The notes below the pieces were generated by a model, which had not been told where the DNA came from, ran no database searches, and saw nothing but the letters and a program-made list of their open reading frames with translations. DNA of 64,000 bases from Bradymonadia bacterium (GTDB lineage Bacteria > Myxococcota_A > Bradymonadia > UBA7976 > UBA1532). Positions 1 to 12,583 of the stretch are shown one piece after another. Where the stretch lies: assembly GCA_049318805.1 (NCBI GenBank), contig JBMOFP010000002.1, forward strand, positions 9,273 through 73,272, given 5' to 3'. Within the stretch, counting starts at the first letter, position 1. Each line of letters begins with the position of its first letter. The translations under genes were made by a program, and so were the position numbers.

Positions 1-2006
1 TCGACTTCTCGGGCTTCCCGGCGCTGCTCCTGGTCACGACGTTGTTCCGCCTGACGCTGAACATCGCGACGACCCGGGTCATTCTGCTCCACGGCGGCGA
101 TGGGCCCGACGCCGCCGGTCACATCATCCAGACCTTCGGTAACTTCGTCGTCGGCGGCAACTACGTGGTCGGCGTGATCGTCTTCATCATCCTGGTCATC
201 ATCAACTTCATCGTCATCACCAAGGGTTCAGGCCGTATCGCCGAGGTCGGCGCCCGTTTCACCCTGGACGCGATGCCCGGTAAGCAGATGGCCATCGACG
301 CCGACCTGAACGCGGGCCTGATCACCGAGGACGAAGCCCGGAAGCGGCGCTCGACCGTCGAGCGCGAAGCCGACTTCTACGGTGCGATGGACGGTGCCTC
401 GAAGTTCGTTCGCGGTGATGCCATCGCCGGCATCATGATCACGGCCATCAACATCATCGGCGGCTTCATCATCGGCATGACCCAGCACGGCATGACGGCC
501 TCCGACGCAGCGACGACCTACACCATCCTCACGGTCGGTGACGGTCTCGTCAGCCAGATCCCCGCGCTCATCACCTCGACCGCCGCCGGTATCATCGTAT
601 CCCGCGCGGCGGGCAGCTCCGACATGGGCACCGAGCTCGCGCGGCAGCTCTTCAGCAACGGCAAGGTCATGAAGATCGCGGGCGTGATGATCGGCCTGTT
701 CAGCTTTGTGCCGGGCATGCCGCTCATCGTCTTCGGCAGCATCGGCGGCCTGATGTACTGGGTCGGCGCGCGCTCCGAGAACGCCCTGGAAGCGGAGCAG
801 GCCGGCGCTGAAGGGGGCGCTGCGGCCGCGGGCCGACCCGGCGGCAAGCCCGGTGCGCCCGGCGCCCCGGGTGAGCTCACCGCGCCGCCGCTCTCGGAGC
901 AGCAGAAAATCGAAGCGCTCCTGCCCATCGACTTGCTCGAACTCGAGGTCGGCTACGCGCTCATCCCTATGGTCGACCGGAACCAGAACGGCGAGCTGCT
1001 CGACCGTATCCAGAGCATTCGTCGCCAGTTCGCGAGCCAGATGGGCCTCATCGTGCCGCCCATCCACATTCGCGACAATCTGCAGCTCCCGCCCGGCGGG
1101 TACTCGATGCTCGTCAAGGGGGTCGAAGTGGCCCGCGGCGAGCTCGTGCCCGAACGCTTCATGGCCATGAATCCCGGCGAGGTCATCGGGACCGTGCCCG
1201 GCGTCGAGACGACCGAGCCCGCTTTCGGCCTGCCGGCGCTGTGGATCACCGCGGAGCACAAGGATCGCGCCGAGGCCATGGGCTACACCGTCGTCGACTG
1301 CTCGACCGTCATTGCGACCCACCTGAGCGAGGTGCTCAAGGAGAACGCGCACGAGCTCCTCGGGCGTCAAGAGATGCAGGAGCTCCTCGACCTCTTCGCC
1401 AAGCAGGCGCCGAAGGTGGTCGAGGACCTGATTCCGGAGAAGCTGCCGCTCGGCGAGGTGCTGCGGGTGATGAAGAACCTGCTCAAGGAGCAGATCAGCA
1501 TCCGCGACCTGCGCACCATCCTCGAGGGCATCGCCGACCACGTCCATCTCACGCGGAACCCCGAGATCCTCACGGAGTTCGTGCGTCAGCGGCTCGCCAA
1601 GTACCTGACGAGCAAGATGAAGGGCATGGATGGCCAGGTCCACGTGCTCACGCTGCACGGCGAGCTCGAAGAGAACTTCCGGCAGCACATCCAGCAGATC
1701 GACGGCGACTTCCACCTGACCGTCGAACCGCGGATCGCGGAGCAGTTCCTCCGCCAGCTCGAGGAGCGCATGCAGATGCAGACGACCATGGGGCACCAAC
1801 CGGTCCTGCTGGTGCCGCCGGAGCTGCGACGCCCGGTGCGCAACCTCATCGACCGATTCGTGCCCGGCCTCGTCATCGTCTCTCACAAGGAGATCGCCCA
1901 GGGGGCTCAGGTGGCGTCGGATGGCGAGGTTGGCGCCGGGATTGCAAAGGCTTCCCCTCGAACGCCGCGCGCCGCGGCCGGGCAGTTCCAGCCCGCCATG
2001 GCTTGA
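1..2006 (+). CDS. flhA: flagellar export apparatus protein FlhA (5' end lies outside window; reading frame continues from nt 3)
   Basis: ORF 42..2006 plus in-frame upstream codons with no start. Conserved FlhA/SctV membrane core (FRLTLNIATTRVIL, GNYVVG, ITKGSGRIAEVGARFTLDAMPGKQMAID) and large cytoplasmic C-domain. Called flagellar because flhF, flhG and fliA follow. Confidence 0.85.
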   Translation, partial: DFSGFPALLLVTTLFRLTLNIATTRVILLHGGDGPDAAGHIIQTFGNFVVGGNYVVGVIVFIILVIINFIVITKGSGRIAEVGARFTLDAMPGKQMAIDADLNAGLITEDEARKRRSTVEREADFYGAMDGASKFVRGDAIAGIMITAINIIGGFIIGMTQHGMTASDAATTYTILTVGDGLVSQIPALITSTAAGIIVSRAAGSSDMGTELARQLFSNGKVMKIAGVMIGLFSFVPGMPLIVFGSIGGLMYWVGARSENALEAEQAGAEGGAAAAGRPGGKPGAPGAPGELTAPPLSEQQKIEALLPIDLLELEVGYALIPMVDRNQNGELLDRIQSIRRQFASQMGLIVPPIHIRDNLQLPPGGYSMLVKGVEVARGELVPERFMAMNPGEVIGTVPGVETTEPAFGLPALWITAEHKDRAEAMGYTVVDCSTVIATHLSEVLKENAHELLGRQEMQELLDLFAKQAPKVVEDLIPEKLPLGEVLRVMKNLLKEQISIRDLRTILEGIADHVHLTRNPEILTEFVRQRLAKYLTSKMKGMDGQVHVLTLHGELEENFRQHIQQIDGDFHLTVEPRIAEQFLRQLEERMQMQTTMGHQPVLLVPPELRRPVRNLIDRFVPGLVIVSHKEIAQGAQVASDGEVGAGIAKASPRTPRAAAGQFQPAMA

Positions 2007-2089
2007 GCGGATTCGGGGCGCCTGAAGTCTGACAGTTGACCGACGCGAGATTGACGGTTCGCCGTCCCAGTCAGAGAAGGATCGAGACG

Positions 2090-3508
2090 ATGCATACTTT
2101 CCGCGGACGAACGATGCAGGAGTGCGTGGCGCGACTGAAAGCGACGCTCGGTCCCGATGCGGTGATCGTCAAGACGGACCGCGGGGAGGATCCCCGCGGG
2201 CGATACGTCGAGATCGTGGCTCTCGGCCCGGGCGAGGACCCCATGGCCGAAGAAGAGACCGTGCCCGCCCTCGGGGGACGCGTCGGCGCGGCGGCGGCCT
2301 ATGGTCGCGTCGCTCGAACGGCGGCACCGAGCGCGGGCGTCGATGCGCGTCACGCCGCGGCTGCGGCCGCGATTCAGGCCGTGGCGCAGAAGCTCGCCGC
2401 CCCGCAGCGTCGAGCGAGCCCATCGTCCTCGGAGACCCCGACGGGCCCCTTCGCGGAGCGCGCCGCGCTCCTGGCTCGACAGGTCGCGGCCCCGGCCGTG
2501 GCCGTGGACGCTCAGGAGAAGCTGCGCGCCGAGGTCGGTGCGTTGCGAGAGGCCATCGCCGGCCTCGAGCAGCCCAGCGGCGTCGGTCACGAGGAGTTCC
2601 ATCGGGCGCTCGGGACACTCGCCACACAGCTTCGCGAGCTGCGCGGGCTGGTCGCGGCCGGCGTCGAGGACCGCGACACCCAGCGTATCTCGCCGGACGT
2701 TCGTGTCGTGCGGGAGCGCCTGGCCGCGGTCGGCGTGAGCGGGCTGCATGCCGCCGAGGTCGCGCGCCGTGTGGCCCCGCACCTGACGGCGGGGACACCC
2801 GATGACGCCCACGTGCTCGGCATCATCGGACGGGAGCTGACACGCGACCTGCATTGTGCGGGCGACCTACTCCCGCAGGCCGGAGAGCGACGTGTGCTCG
2901 CGTTCGTCGGACCGACGGGGGTCGGCAAGACGACGACCATCGCCAAGATTGCCGCCCAGGCGCAGCTGATGCGCGGCCTGAAGGTCGGGCTCGTCACCGT
3001 CGACACGTTCCGCATGGCCGCCATCGACCAGCTCGCCCGATACGCCGAGATCCTCGAGTGCCCGCTCGAGGTCGTGAAGAGCGAGAGTGAGCTGGCCGAG
3101 GTCCTCGAGCGACTCGCGCACTGTGACCTGGTCCTGGTGGACACGACCGGTCGAAGCCCGCGGGCCGAAGACCAGGTGGAAGCCCTCGCCCGATTCTTCC
3201 CTGAAGGGTGGGGGGGCGAGGTCGTCCTGACCGTGGCTCTGAGCACGCGCGACCGTGACCTGCACCACACCGTCGAGACCTTCGGTCGGCTCGGTTACGC
3301 CCAGCTCTGTGTGACGAAGCTCGACGAGACCGATGCGCTTGGTGGCCTCTACTCCCTTGCCCGGCGCGCCGGACGTCCGCTCGCGTGGCTCACCTCCGGT
3401 CAGTGCGTGCCTGAAGACCTCGAGGTCGCCGACGGCGCGGTCATCGCAGCGCGGATCGTCGCGCGCTCGTGCGAGATGCGTGGGTGGAGCGAGGCGCTCG
3501 CCGGTTGA
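2090..3508 (+). CDS. flhF: flagellar biosynthesis SRP-type GTPase FlhF
   Basis: Start at ATG 2090 preceded by GAAGGA. C-terminal SRP54-type GTPase motifs (GPTGVGKTTTIAKIAA, DTTGRS, TKLDET). Lies in ORF 2036..3508. Confidence 0.8.
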   Translation: MHTFRGRTMQECVARLKATLGPDAVIVKTDRGEDPRGRYVEIVALGPGEDPMAEEETVPALGGRVGAAAAYGRVARTAAPSAGVDARHAAAAAAIQAVAQKLAAPQRRASPSSSETPTGPFAERAALLARQVAAPAVAVDAQEKLRAEVGALREAIAGLEQPSGVGHEEFHRALGTLATQLRELRGLVAAGVEDRDTQRISPDVRVVRERLAAVGVSGLHAAEVARRVAPHLTAGTPDDAHVLGIIGRELTRDLHCAGDLLPQAGERRVLAFVGPTGVGKTTTIAKIAAQAQLMRGLKVGLVTVDTFRMAAIDQLARYAEILECPLEVVKSESELAEVLERLAHCDLVLVDTTGRSPRAEDQVEALARFFPEGWGGEVVLTVALSTRDRDLHHTVETFGRLGYAQLCVTKLDETDALGGLYSLARRAGRPLAWLTSGQCVPEDLEVADGAVIAARIVARSCEMRGWSEALAG

Positions 3509-3642
3509 GCGGCCCTCGGCGCGTCTCCCCTGCGGAGCGTGCCGGGTCCCGGGGCGTGCGTGGAGGTTGGCACTGGGTAGGAACGCGGGGTACATTCGTG
3601 CAACTGGTCGTGAAACCTCACGAAAGTCGACGTGCTGCGGGC

Positions 3643-4515
3643 TTGGAAGACCAGGCGAGCACACTTCGACGAATGGCGAGCATGGCTTCGAACGGCGGCT
3701 TACCGATGCAGATTCTGTCCATCACGAGCGGCAAAGGGGGCGTGGGTAAGACCAGCCTTCTGTGCAACATCGCCGCGCGTTTCGGCCAGCTCGGCAAGCA
3801 GGTCCTGCTGATCGACGCGGACCTCGGGCTCGCGAACGTGGACATCATGATGGGGATCACGCCGCGGGCGACCCTGGAGCAGCTCTTCACGGGCGAGAAA
3901 ACCCTGGAGGAGATTCTACTGCCGGGACCGCCGGGGGTGACGGTCCTGCCGTCGGGGAGCGGGGTGAAGGAGCTCACCCACCTCTCCGACGAGCAGGTGC
4001 TTCAGCTCATGAATGCCCTCGAGGCCCTGGACCGGCACTTCGACGTGCTGTTGATCGACACCGGGGCCGGCATCGGCAAGAACGTGTTGGAGTTCAACGC
4101 CGCCGCGCAGGACGTGCTGGTGGTCGCGAACCCCGAGCCGACCTCGATCACGGACGCCTACGCGATCATCAAGATCTTGTACCGCGACCACGGCGTGAAG
4201 CGTTTCCAGCTCATCGTGAACTCGGTGCGCACCCCGAAGGCCGCCGTGGACGTGTACCGGAATATCACCACGGTGGCGGACCGGTACCTGCCCGGCGTGA
4301 ACATCGAGTTCCTCGGGCACGTGCTCTACGACGAGCTCGTCAGCCGCGCGATCATCGAGCGCAAGCTGCTCGTGGAAGGGCACCCCGAGAGCCCCGCGGC
4401 GTTGTGTGTGAAGAGCCTCGTCGACCGACTCGTGGAAGAGGCGGGGACCCGAACGCTCACGGGGAACATGCAGTTCTTTTGGAAGCGTCTGCTTCAACCG
4501 GAAGCGGCCGTTTGA
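3643..4515 (+). CDS. flhG: flagellar number regulator FlhG/FleN (MinD-family ATPase)
   Basis: Deviant Walker A SGKGGVGKTS and MinD/ParA-like fold. N-terminal DQASTLR matches the FlhG DQAxxLR activator motif. Start assigned to TTG 3643; GTG 3610 or ATG 3673 are alternatives. Confidence 0.7.
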   Translation: MEDQASTLRRMASMASNGGLPMQILSITSGKGGVGKTSLLCNIAARFGQLGKQVLLIDADLGLANVDIMMGITPRATLEQLFTGEKTLEEILLPGPPGVTVLPSGSGVKELTHLSDEQVLQLMNALEALDRHFDVLLIDTGAGIGKNVLEFNAAAQDVLVVANPEPTSITDAYAIIKILYRDHGVKRFQLIVNSVRTPKAAVDVYRNITTVADRYLPGVNIEFLGHVLYDELVSRAIIERKLLVEGHPESPAALCVKSLVDRLVEEAGTRTLTGNMQFFWKRLLQPEAAV

Positions 4516-4520
4516 GTGGA

Positions 4521-5264
4521 ATGAACCCGGGGATACAGACCTACGCCCGCAACCAGAAGCAGAAGCGCACTGAGGAGCTCGTCCGCCAGTATGCGCCGCT
4601 GGTCAAACGCGTCGCGTTTCGCCTGATCAACCGGGTGCCGCCGTCCGTGGAGCTCGAGGACCTCGTGTCCGTGGGCACGATCGGGCTCATCCACGCGATC
4701 GAGAACTTCGACGCGAGCAAAGGCACACGCTTCGAAGCCTACGCGGAGTTTCGCATCAAGGGCGCGATGCTCGACGAGCTGCGCTCCTATGACTTCATGT
4801 CTCGGGCCGCCCGCGGCAAGGTGAACAAGGTCGAGAAGGCGCGACAGCGCCTCGAGGCGCAGTTGGGTCGTATGCCCACGACCAAGGAGCTCGCCGACGA
4901 GACCGGGCTGATCATCGAAGAGGTCGAGGAGTGCCTCGCGCAGAACGCGCAGATGGCGTTCCTCACGATGGATGACCTCGGGGCCATCGCGGCGGACCAG
5001 ACCGAGGTGCCGTGGGAGCTCCTCACTCAGGCCGCCCCCGAGGACCCCTTCGGCCACGCTTTTTTCCGAGAGCTGCGCGAGCAGGTCGTGCTCGCGCTCG
5101 AGGCCATGCCCGAGCGGCTCAAGCTGGTCATGTCGCTCTACTACTACAACGAGCTCAACTTCAAAGAGATCGGGCGCGTGCTCGACCTCACGGAGTCACG
5201 GATCAGCCAGCTCCACACCGAGGCGATCCAGTTCCTGAAAAAGAGGCTGGCGAAGGCGATTTGA
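4521..5264 (+). CDS. fliA: RNA polymerase sigma-28 factor FliA
   Basis: ATG 4521, 5 nt after the flhG stop. Regions 2 to 4 of FliA/WhiG sigma factors (GTIGLIHAIENFD, RIKGAMLDELR, LSLYYYNELNFKEIGRVLDLTESRISQLH). Confidence 0.85.
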   Translation: MNPGIQTYARNQKQKRTEELVRQYAPLVKRVAFRLINRVPPSVELEDLVSVGTIGLIHAIENFDASKGTRFEAYAEFRIKGAMLDELRSYDFMSRAARGKVNKVEKARQRLEAQLGRMPTTKELADETGLIIEEVEECLAQNAQMAFLTMDDLGAIAADQTEVPWELLTQAAPEDPFGHAFFRELREQVVLALEAMPERLKLVMSLYYYNELNFKEIGRVLDLTESRISQLHTEAIQFLKKRLAKAI

Positions 5265-5283
5265 CGCTCGCGTCGGCCTTCTG

Positions 5284-5721
5284 TCAGTGACGACCATGGC
5301 GTGACGAGTTGTGCTCGTCGGTCGTTCGCTCCTCGGCGCGCTTCAGCGCATGCCGCCACTCGGCCTCGTCGGCTTCGCGCAGCACCTCGATGGCGCGCAT
5401 CGCCTGATGGGCCTCCGTGACCACGACACGGGCCTTCTCGACCTCTTGCTCGATGAGGGCGAGCTGCTGCTCGCGGCGCCGAATCTCCTGGCGGAGTGAC
5501 AAGATGTAGCGCTGGCGGATGAGCTCGGTCGACGCGTCGAACGCGGTGTGGACCCGCGGTCCCGCCTGCAGCTGAGAGAGCAGCGCCGCGCGCCGCTCCT
5601 CGAGCAAGGACTCGGCGAGGCTGCGCTTGCGCTGGGCTTCCGCGAGCACCCCGCGCTTCTCGTCGAGGACGATCTCCCTCTGGTGCAGGACGGCCTCGAA
5701 TCGAAAGCGGAACTTCTTCAT
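5284..5721 (-). CDS. FliJ-family coiled-coil protein (putative flagellar export chaperone)
   Basis: About 146 aa all-helical charged protein starting MKKFRFRFEAVLHQRE. Heptad-like E/R/Q/L content typical of FliJ. Orientation opposite to the fli genes. Confidence 0.45.
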   Translation of the reverse strand: MKKFRFRFEAVLHQREIVLDEKRGVLAEAQRKRSLAESLLEERRAALLSQLQAGPRVHTAFDASTELIRQRYILSLRQEIRRREQQLALIEQEVEKARVVVTEAHQAMRAIEVLREADEAEWRHALKRAEERTTDEHNSSRHGRH

Positions 5722-5831
5722 GTCGGACCTTCGTCCCAGCAAGCGGGATGCCGAGGTCGGGCGTGAAACAATGTGCGCCCCGGGTCGATTCCTGCTATGA
5801 CACGCCGCTTTCGAATCGACCGGAGGAAATC

Positions 5832-6119
5832 ATGGCTCGAGTCACCGTCGAAGATTGTCTCAACTTCTGCACAGACCAGTTCGCGCTCGTGCACCTCTCG
5901 GCGCTGCGGTACCGCCAGCTCCACAAGGGCGCGAAGCCCCTGGTGCCGCAAGGCGACAACAAGCTCGTGGTCCACTCGCTGCGCGAGATCGCGTCGGGCC
6001 GCATCCGCTTCCGCGAGAACGTCGGCGACATGCTCCTCCGTCATCGGCAGAAGCTCGTTTCGCAGCGACTGCGCACGCTCTCCATCGGCGACGACTACTC
6101 CGCCGATGAGCTGACCTGA
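5832..6119 (+). CDS. rpoZ: DNA-directed RNA polymerase subunit omega
   Basis: Starts MARVTVEDCL, then conserved DQFALVHLSALRYRQL and LVVHSLREIASG, about 95 aa. Internal start within ORF 5748..6119. Confidence 0.8.
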   Translation: MARVTVEDCLNFCTDQFALVHLSALRYRQLHKGAKPLVPQGDNKLVVHSLREIASGRIRFRENVGDMLLRHRQKLVSQRLRTLSIGDDYSADELT

Positions 6120-6120
6120 G

Positions 6121-6170
6121 AAGCGACTGAGCCCAAGCGGGCGCCCGGACTGGGCGCTCGGGCTCACTTC
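6121..6170. terminator. GC-rich hairpin between convergent rpoZ and the minus-strand gene 6164..6532
   Basis: gagcccaagcgggcgcccggactgggcgctcgggctc forms an imperfect inverted repeat, followed by acttcttct. Confidence 0.3.
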
Positions 6171-6532
6171 TTCTGCGGACGCCCGCCCCCGTCCTTACGA
6201 CGGTGGTCCTCGGCCGGTGTTTCGGCTGAGGCGGCCTCCGGGACCGGTGCAGCTTCCGCGACCGGGGCCTCGACGGCCGGCTCCGGCGCGCGGGCCACGA
6301 CCTTCGCGGGCACCGCGGCCCGCAGTCGATGGGCGACGGTCTCCTCGCCAGCCCGCGCCAACGCGTCGGCGAGCGACTGCACCTGGCCGGCATCGAACGG
6401 TCCGTCCGCACCGACCCCCGCCGCGTTCGCAGCCTCCTTCAGCTTCACCCGGGCCGAGTACCAGTCGTAACGGGTCTCGAGAATACGAGCGACGGCTTCG
6501 GCGGTGACGGTCACGGCGGGCACTCCTGTCAA
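6164..6532 (-). CDS. hypothetical protein (Ala/Pro-rich C-terminal half)
   Basis: 122-aa ORF with GC3-rich codon usage, convergent with rpoZ. No recognisable motif. Confidence 0.35.
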   Translation of the reverse strand: MTGVPAVTVTAEAVARILETRYDWYSARVKLKEAANAAGVGADGPFDAGQVQSLADALARAGEETVAHRLRAAVPAKVVARAPEPAVEAPVAEAAPVPEAASAETPAEDHRRKDGGGRPQKK

Positions 6533-6654
6533 GGTCGTTTCCAGTTGCGCGGCATCGTGGCACAGGGCCCCGAGGGGGACAAGGGGACGTCGGGGAGCGT
6601 TGACGTCCGACGGGAGGGCGGGCGAAGTAGTGCTCGATTGGAGCGGAGAGCGGC

Positions 6655-8931
<2,277 letters not shown>

Positions 8932-8941
8932 GGAGCAGAGC

Positions 8942-9781
8942 ATGAACGATTGGCTGGCGAGTCACGGCAAACGCCCGTTCGCCGAATACCCTGCGCGCCA
9001 CTTCCAGTGGCAGGTGGACGCGGGCGTCGCGACGCTCACGTTGAGCCGCCCCGAGCGCAAGAACCCATTGACCTTCGACGCCTACGCGGAGCTCCGGGAC
9101 TTGTTCGTCGCGCTCGAGTTCGCGAGCGACGTCCACGTGGTCGTGCTCGCCGGGGCCGGGGGCAACTTCTGCTCGGGTGGAGACGTGCACGAGATCATCG
9201 GTCCGTTGACGCGGATGGCGATGCCCGAGTTGCTCACGTTCACGCGCATGACCGGCGCGCTCGTGCGCTCGATACGCAAGTGTCCGCAGCCGATCGTGGC
9301 CTCGGTGGACGGCATCTGCGTCGGCGCCGGCGCGATTCTGGCGATGGCCTCGGACCTGCGCTTGTGCACGCCCCGAACGAAGACGGCTTTCCTCTTCAAC
9401 AAGGTCGGGCTGGCCGGGTGTGACATGGGCGCGTGCGCGATCCTCCCGCGCATCATCGGCCAGGGCCGGGCGAGCGAGCTGCTGTACACCGGTCGTGTGA
9501 TGACCGCGGCCGAGGGCCTCGCGTGGGGCTTCTACAACAGCGAACACGCCCCGGAAGGGGTGCTCGAGGCCGCTCAGGCGCTGGCCCGCAGCCTCGCGAG
9601 CGGCCCGACCTTCGCCCACGCCATGACCAAACGGCAGCTCCACGCGGAGTGGAACGTCTCGGTCGACGAGGCCATCGAGGCGGAGGCCGAGGCGCAGGCG
9701 ATCTGCATGCAGACCCAGGACTTCCGGCGCGCGTACGAGGCCTTCGTCCGCAAAGAGACCCCCGTCTTCGAGGGCAACTGA
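8942..9781 (+). CDS. enoyl-CoA hydratase/isomerase (crotonase family)
   Basis: Crotonase fold motifs ([42 protein letters not shown]). GAGGAG RBS before ATG 8942. Confidence 0.8.
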   Translation: MNDWLASHGKRPFAEYPARHFQWQVDAGVATLTLSRPERKNPLTFDAYAELRDLFVALEFASDVHVVVLAGAGGNFCSGGDVHEIIGPLTRMAMPELLTFTRMTGALVRSIRKCPQPIVASVDGICVGAGAILAMASDLRLCTPRTKTAFLFNKVGLAGCDMGACAILPRIIGQGRASELLYTGRVMTAAEGLAWGFYNSEHAPEGVLEAAQALARSLASGPTFAHAMTKRQLHAEWNVSVDEAIEAEAEAQAICMQTQDFRRAYEAFVRKETPVFEGN

Positions 9782-9782
9782 G

Positions 9783-10976
9783 GTGCGTCTTCGCCCGGCG
9801 CTCGACCTGCCCTTTTTCGAGGACCACCACCGCGCGCTCTTCGAGTCGGCCGACCGTGCCGCGGAGCGACTCGTGGCCGAGGCGGGGCCTCACGACGGCG
9901 AAGACGTGGACGCTGCGTGTAGAGGCTACGTGCGCGCACTCGGGGACGCCGGGCTGCTCCGCCACGTGGTCGAGGCGGAGGACGGCGGGGCGTCGACGCG
10001 CCTCGAGTCTCGCGCGCTGTGCCTCCTGCGCGCGTGTCTCGCGCGGCACGACGCCTTGCTGGACTTCGCGTTCGCGATGCAGGGCCTCGGTACGGGCGCG
10101 CTCACGCTGGGGGGCACGGCCGAGCAGCGCGCGCGGTGGCTGCCGAAGGTCGCCGAGGGGCGCGCCATTGCCGCCTTTGCGCTCTCGGAGCCGCACGCGG
10201 GCTCGGATGTGTCGGCGATGACCACCTCGGCCCGGCCCGATGCCCACGGCTGGGTCCTCGACGGCCGCAAGACGTGGATCTCGAACGGCGGCATCGCGGA
10301 CTTCTACACGGTCTTCGCACGGACCTCCGAGGCTACGGGGTCACGGGGCATCGGCGCCTTCATCGTGCCGGCCGACGCGCCCGGGCTCGTCGTCGAGGAG
10401 CGGATCGAGGTCGTCGCCCCGCACCCGCTCGCGACCCTACGATTCGACGCGTGCAGGGTGCCCGCCGACGCGCTGATTGGAGCGCCGGACGGCGGCTTCA
10501 AGCTCGCCATGCGGACCCTGGACATCTTTCGCCCTTCCGTGGGCGCCGCCGCGTTGGGCATGGCGCGTCGCGCGCTCGAGGAGGCCCTCGCGCACACCGA
10601 GACACGCACGCTCTTCGGCCAGCGGCTGGGGGACTTTCAGCTCACGCAGGCGCGCCTCGCCGACATGGCCGCGGCGCTCGAGGCCGGGGAGCTCCTCACG
10701 TGGCGCGCCGCCTGGCTGCGGGATGTCCGCGGCGTGCGAACGACACGCGAGGCGGCGATCTCGAAGATGGTGGCCACGGAGTCGGCCCAGACCATCGTCG
10801 ATTCGGCCGTGCAGTTGTTGGGCGGGCTCGGCGTGCGCCGCGGGCAGGTGGTCGAGCGCCTCTATCGGGAGGTACGCGCGCTGCGCATCTACGAGGGCGC
10901 GACCGAGGTCCAGAAGCTGATCATCGCACGGGCGCTGCGCGCCGAGGCCGCGCTGCCCGAAGGAGACGCACCGTGA
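9783..10976 (+). CDS. acyl-CoA dehydrogenase
   Basis: ACAD N-terminal, middle and C-terminal domain motifs ([33 protein letters not shown]). Confidence 0.8.
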   Translation: MRLRPALDLPFFEDHHRALFESADRAAERLVAEAGPHDGEDVDAACRGYVRALGDAGLLRHVVEAEDGGASTRLESRALCLLRACLARHDALLDFAFAMQGLGTGALTLGGTAEQRARWLPKVAEGRAIAAFALSEPHAGSDVSAMTTSARPDAHGWVLDGRKTWISNGGIADFYTVFARTSEATGSRGIGAFIVPADAPGLVVEERIEVVAPHPLATLRFDACRVPADALIGAPDGGFKLAMRTLDIFRPSVGAAALGMARRALEEALAHTETRTLFGQRLGDFQLTQARLADMAAALEAGELLTWRAAWLRDVRGVRTTREAAISKMVATESAQTIVDSAVQLLGGLGVRRGQVVERLYREVRALRIYEGATEVQKLIIARALRAEAALPEGDAP

Positions 10977-12580
10977 GCACGACAGGTCACGTCGACACCT
11001 TCGCGGCCGACAACTTGCCGGACCGCGCCCTTTGGCCGGTCCTCGAGCTGACCGGATTCGAGTACCCCGAGCGCTTGAACTGCGCGGAGGTGCTGCTCTC
11101 CGAGGCCCTGGCGCGGGGCGACGCCGACCGAACCGCCGTGGAGTCCGCGACGGAGCGTTGGACCTACGGAGAGCTGGCGGAGCGCGTGAATCGGTGGGCC
11201 CACGTGCTCGTCCACGACCTCGGTCTGGTCCCAGGGAACCGGGTCTTGCTCCGGGGCCCGAACACGCCGATGATGGCCGCGGCCTGGCTCGCCGTGGTCA
11301 AGGCGGGTGGCATCGCCGTGGCCACCATGCCGCTGCTCCGTGCGAAGGAGCTCGGCGAGATCGTGGAGAAAGCGCAGGTCTCTCATGCGCTGTGCGATGC
11401 ACGCTTGCTCGACGAGCTCGCGGCCACGCAGGCGGCGTTTCCGGTCCTTCGGGTCGTGGCCACCTTCGGCGACGCCGGCCATCCCGACGCGGTGGAGCCT
11501 CGGATGGCGGCGGCGCCGACCGACTTCGTCGCGTGTCCCACGGCCGCCGAGGACACCTGCCTCATCGCGTTCACCTCGGGCACGACCGGACAGCCGAAGG
11601 GCACCATGCACTTCCATCGGGACGTCCTCGCGATTTGCGACGCCTTCCCAGTTTCGTGCCTGCGCGCGACCCGCGACGACCGATTCATCGGCAGCCCGCC
11701 GTTGGCGTTCACCTTCGGCCTGGGGGGTCTGCTGCTCTTCCCGATGCGGATCGGCGCGGCGGCCGTGCTCATCGAGCGTCCCGCGCCCGACCTGCTGCTG
11801 GACGCCATCGAGCGACATGGCGCGACCGTGTGTGTGACCTCACCCACGGCCTATCGCGCCATGGCGGCGCGGGTCTCGGGGCGCGCCCTCGGGCACCTGC
11901 GGAAGTGTGTCAGCGCGGGCGAAGCGCTGCCGGCCCCGACGCGCGACCTCTGGCGCGCGGCGACCGGCCTCGAGATCATCGACGGCATCGGGTCCACGGA
12001 GCTGCTCCACATCTTCATCTCGCACACCGAGGACACCGTGCGTCTCGGTGCGACCGGGCGCGCGATCCCCGGTTACTCCGCGTGCATCCTCGATGAGAAC
12101 GGCGCGAGGTTGCCGCCGGGGCAGGTCGGTCGGCTCGCGGTGCGCGGACCCACGGGGTGTCGTTACCTGGCCGACGAGCGCCAGCGGGCCTACGTCGTCG
12201 ACGGCTGGAACCTCACGGGCGACGCGTACGTCGAGGACGAAGACGGCTACTTCCACTACCAGGCCCGTACGGACGACCTGATCATCTCCGCGGGCTACAA
12301 CATCGCCGGTCCCGAGGTCGAGGTCGCGCTCCTTGCGCATCCGGCCGTGGCGGAGTGCGGCGTCGTCGGTGTCCCGGACGAAGAGCGCGGGCACCTCGTC
12401 AAGGCCTTCGTCGTGCTGCGCGAAGGCCACGAGGCCGGCTCCGAGACCGCCGCGGCGCTCCAGGACTTCGTCAAGGGCGCCATCGCGCCGTACAAGTATC
12501 CGCGGGCGATCGAGTTCGTCTCGCAGCTCCCGCGGACCGAGACGGGTAAGCTTCAGCGGTTCCGACTTCGAGGAGGGTGA
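10973..12580 (+). CDS. aromatic acid-CoA ligase (benzoate/2-aminobenzoate-CoA ligase family, AMP-forming)
   Basis: GTG 10973 overlaps the upstream stop (GTGA). AMP-binding motif [11 protein letters not shown] and the [26 protein letters not shown] motif. The first 318 residues of ORF 10019..12580 are an alternate-frame artefact. Confidence 0.75.
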   Translation: MSTTGHVDTFAADNLPDRALWPVLELTGFEYPERLNCAEVLLSEALARGDADRTAVESATERWTYGELAERVNRWAHVLVHDLGLVPGNRVLLRGPNTPMMAAAWLAVVKAGGIAVATMPLLRAKELGEIVEKAQVSHALCDARLLDELAATQAAFPVLRVVATFGDAGHPDAVEPRMAAAPTDFVACPTAAEDTCLIAFTSGTTGQPKGTMHFHRDVLAICDAFPVSCLRATRDDRFIGSPPLAFTFGLGGLLLFPMRIGAAAVLIERPAPDLLLDAIERHGATVCVTSPTAYRAMAARVSGRALGHLRKCVSAGEALPAPTRDLWRAATGLEIIDGIGSTELLHIFISHTEDTVRLGATGRAIPGYSACILDENGARLPPGQVGRLAVRGPTGCRYLADERQRAYVVDGWNLTGDAYVEDEDGYFHYQARTDDLIISAGYNIAGPEVEVALLAHPAVAECGVVGVPDEERGHLVKAFVVLREGHEAGSETAAALQDFVKGAIAPYKYPRAIEFVSQLPRTETGKLQRFRLRGG

Positions 12581-12583
12581 GGC

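Noticed and set aside
228-1886. 552-aa minus-strand ORF antisense to flhA (and similar long antisense/alternate-frame ORFs at 2169..2798, 6529..8943, 11840..13147, 15408..16895, 19968..21845, 34977..37055, 47418..48533 and others)
   Set aside because: Arg/Pro/Gly-rich compositions with no motifs are typical of stop-codon-poor alternate frames in about 70% GC DNA. Each overlaps a well-supported gene on the other strand.
1-2006. Possibility that flhA is a type III secretion injectisome SctV gene
   Set aside because: It is followed by flhF, flhG and a sigma-28 fliA, which are flagellum-specific. No injectisome genes are in the window.
10019-12580. 853-aa ORF extending the CoA ligase upstream over the acyl-CoA dehydrogenase
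   Set aside because: The extension is the alternate frame of the ACAD gene. The ligase N-terminus ([17 protein letters not shown]) begins at GTG 10973.
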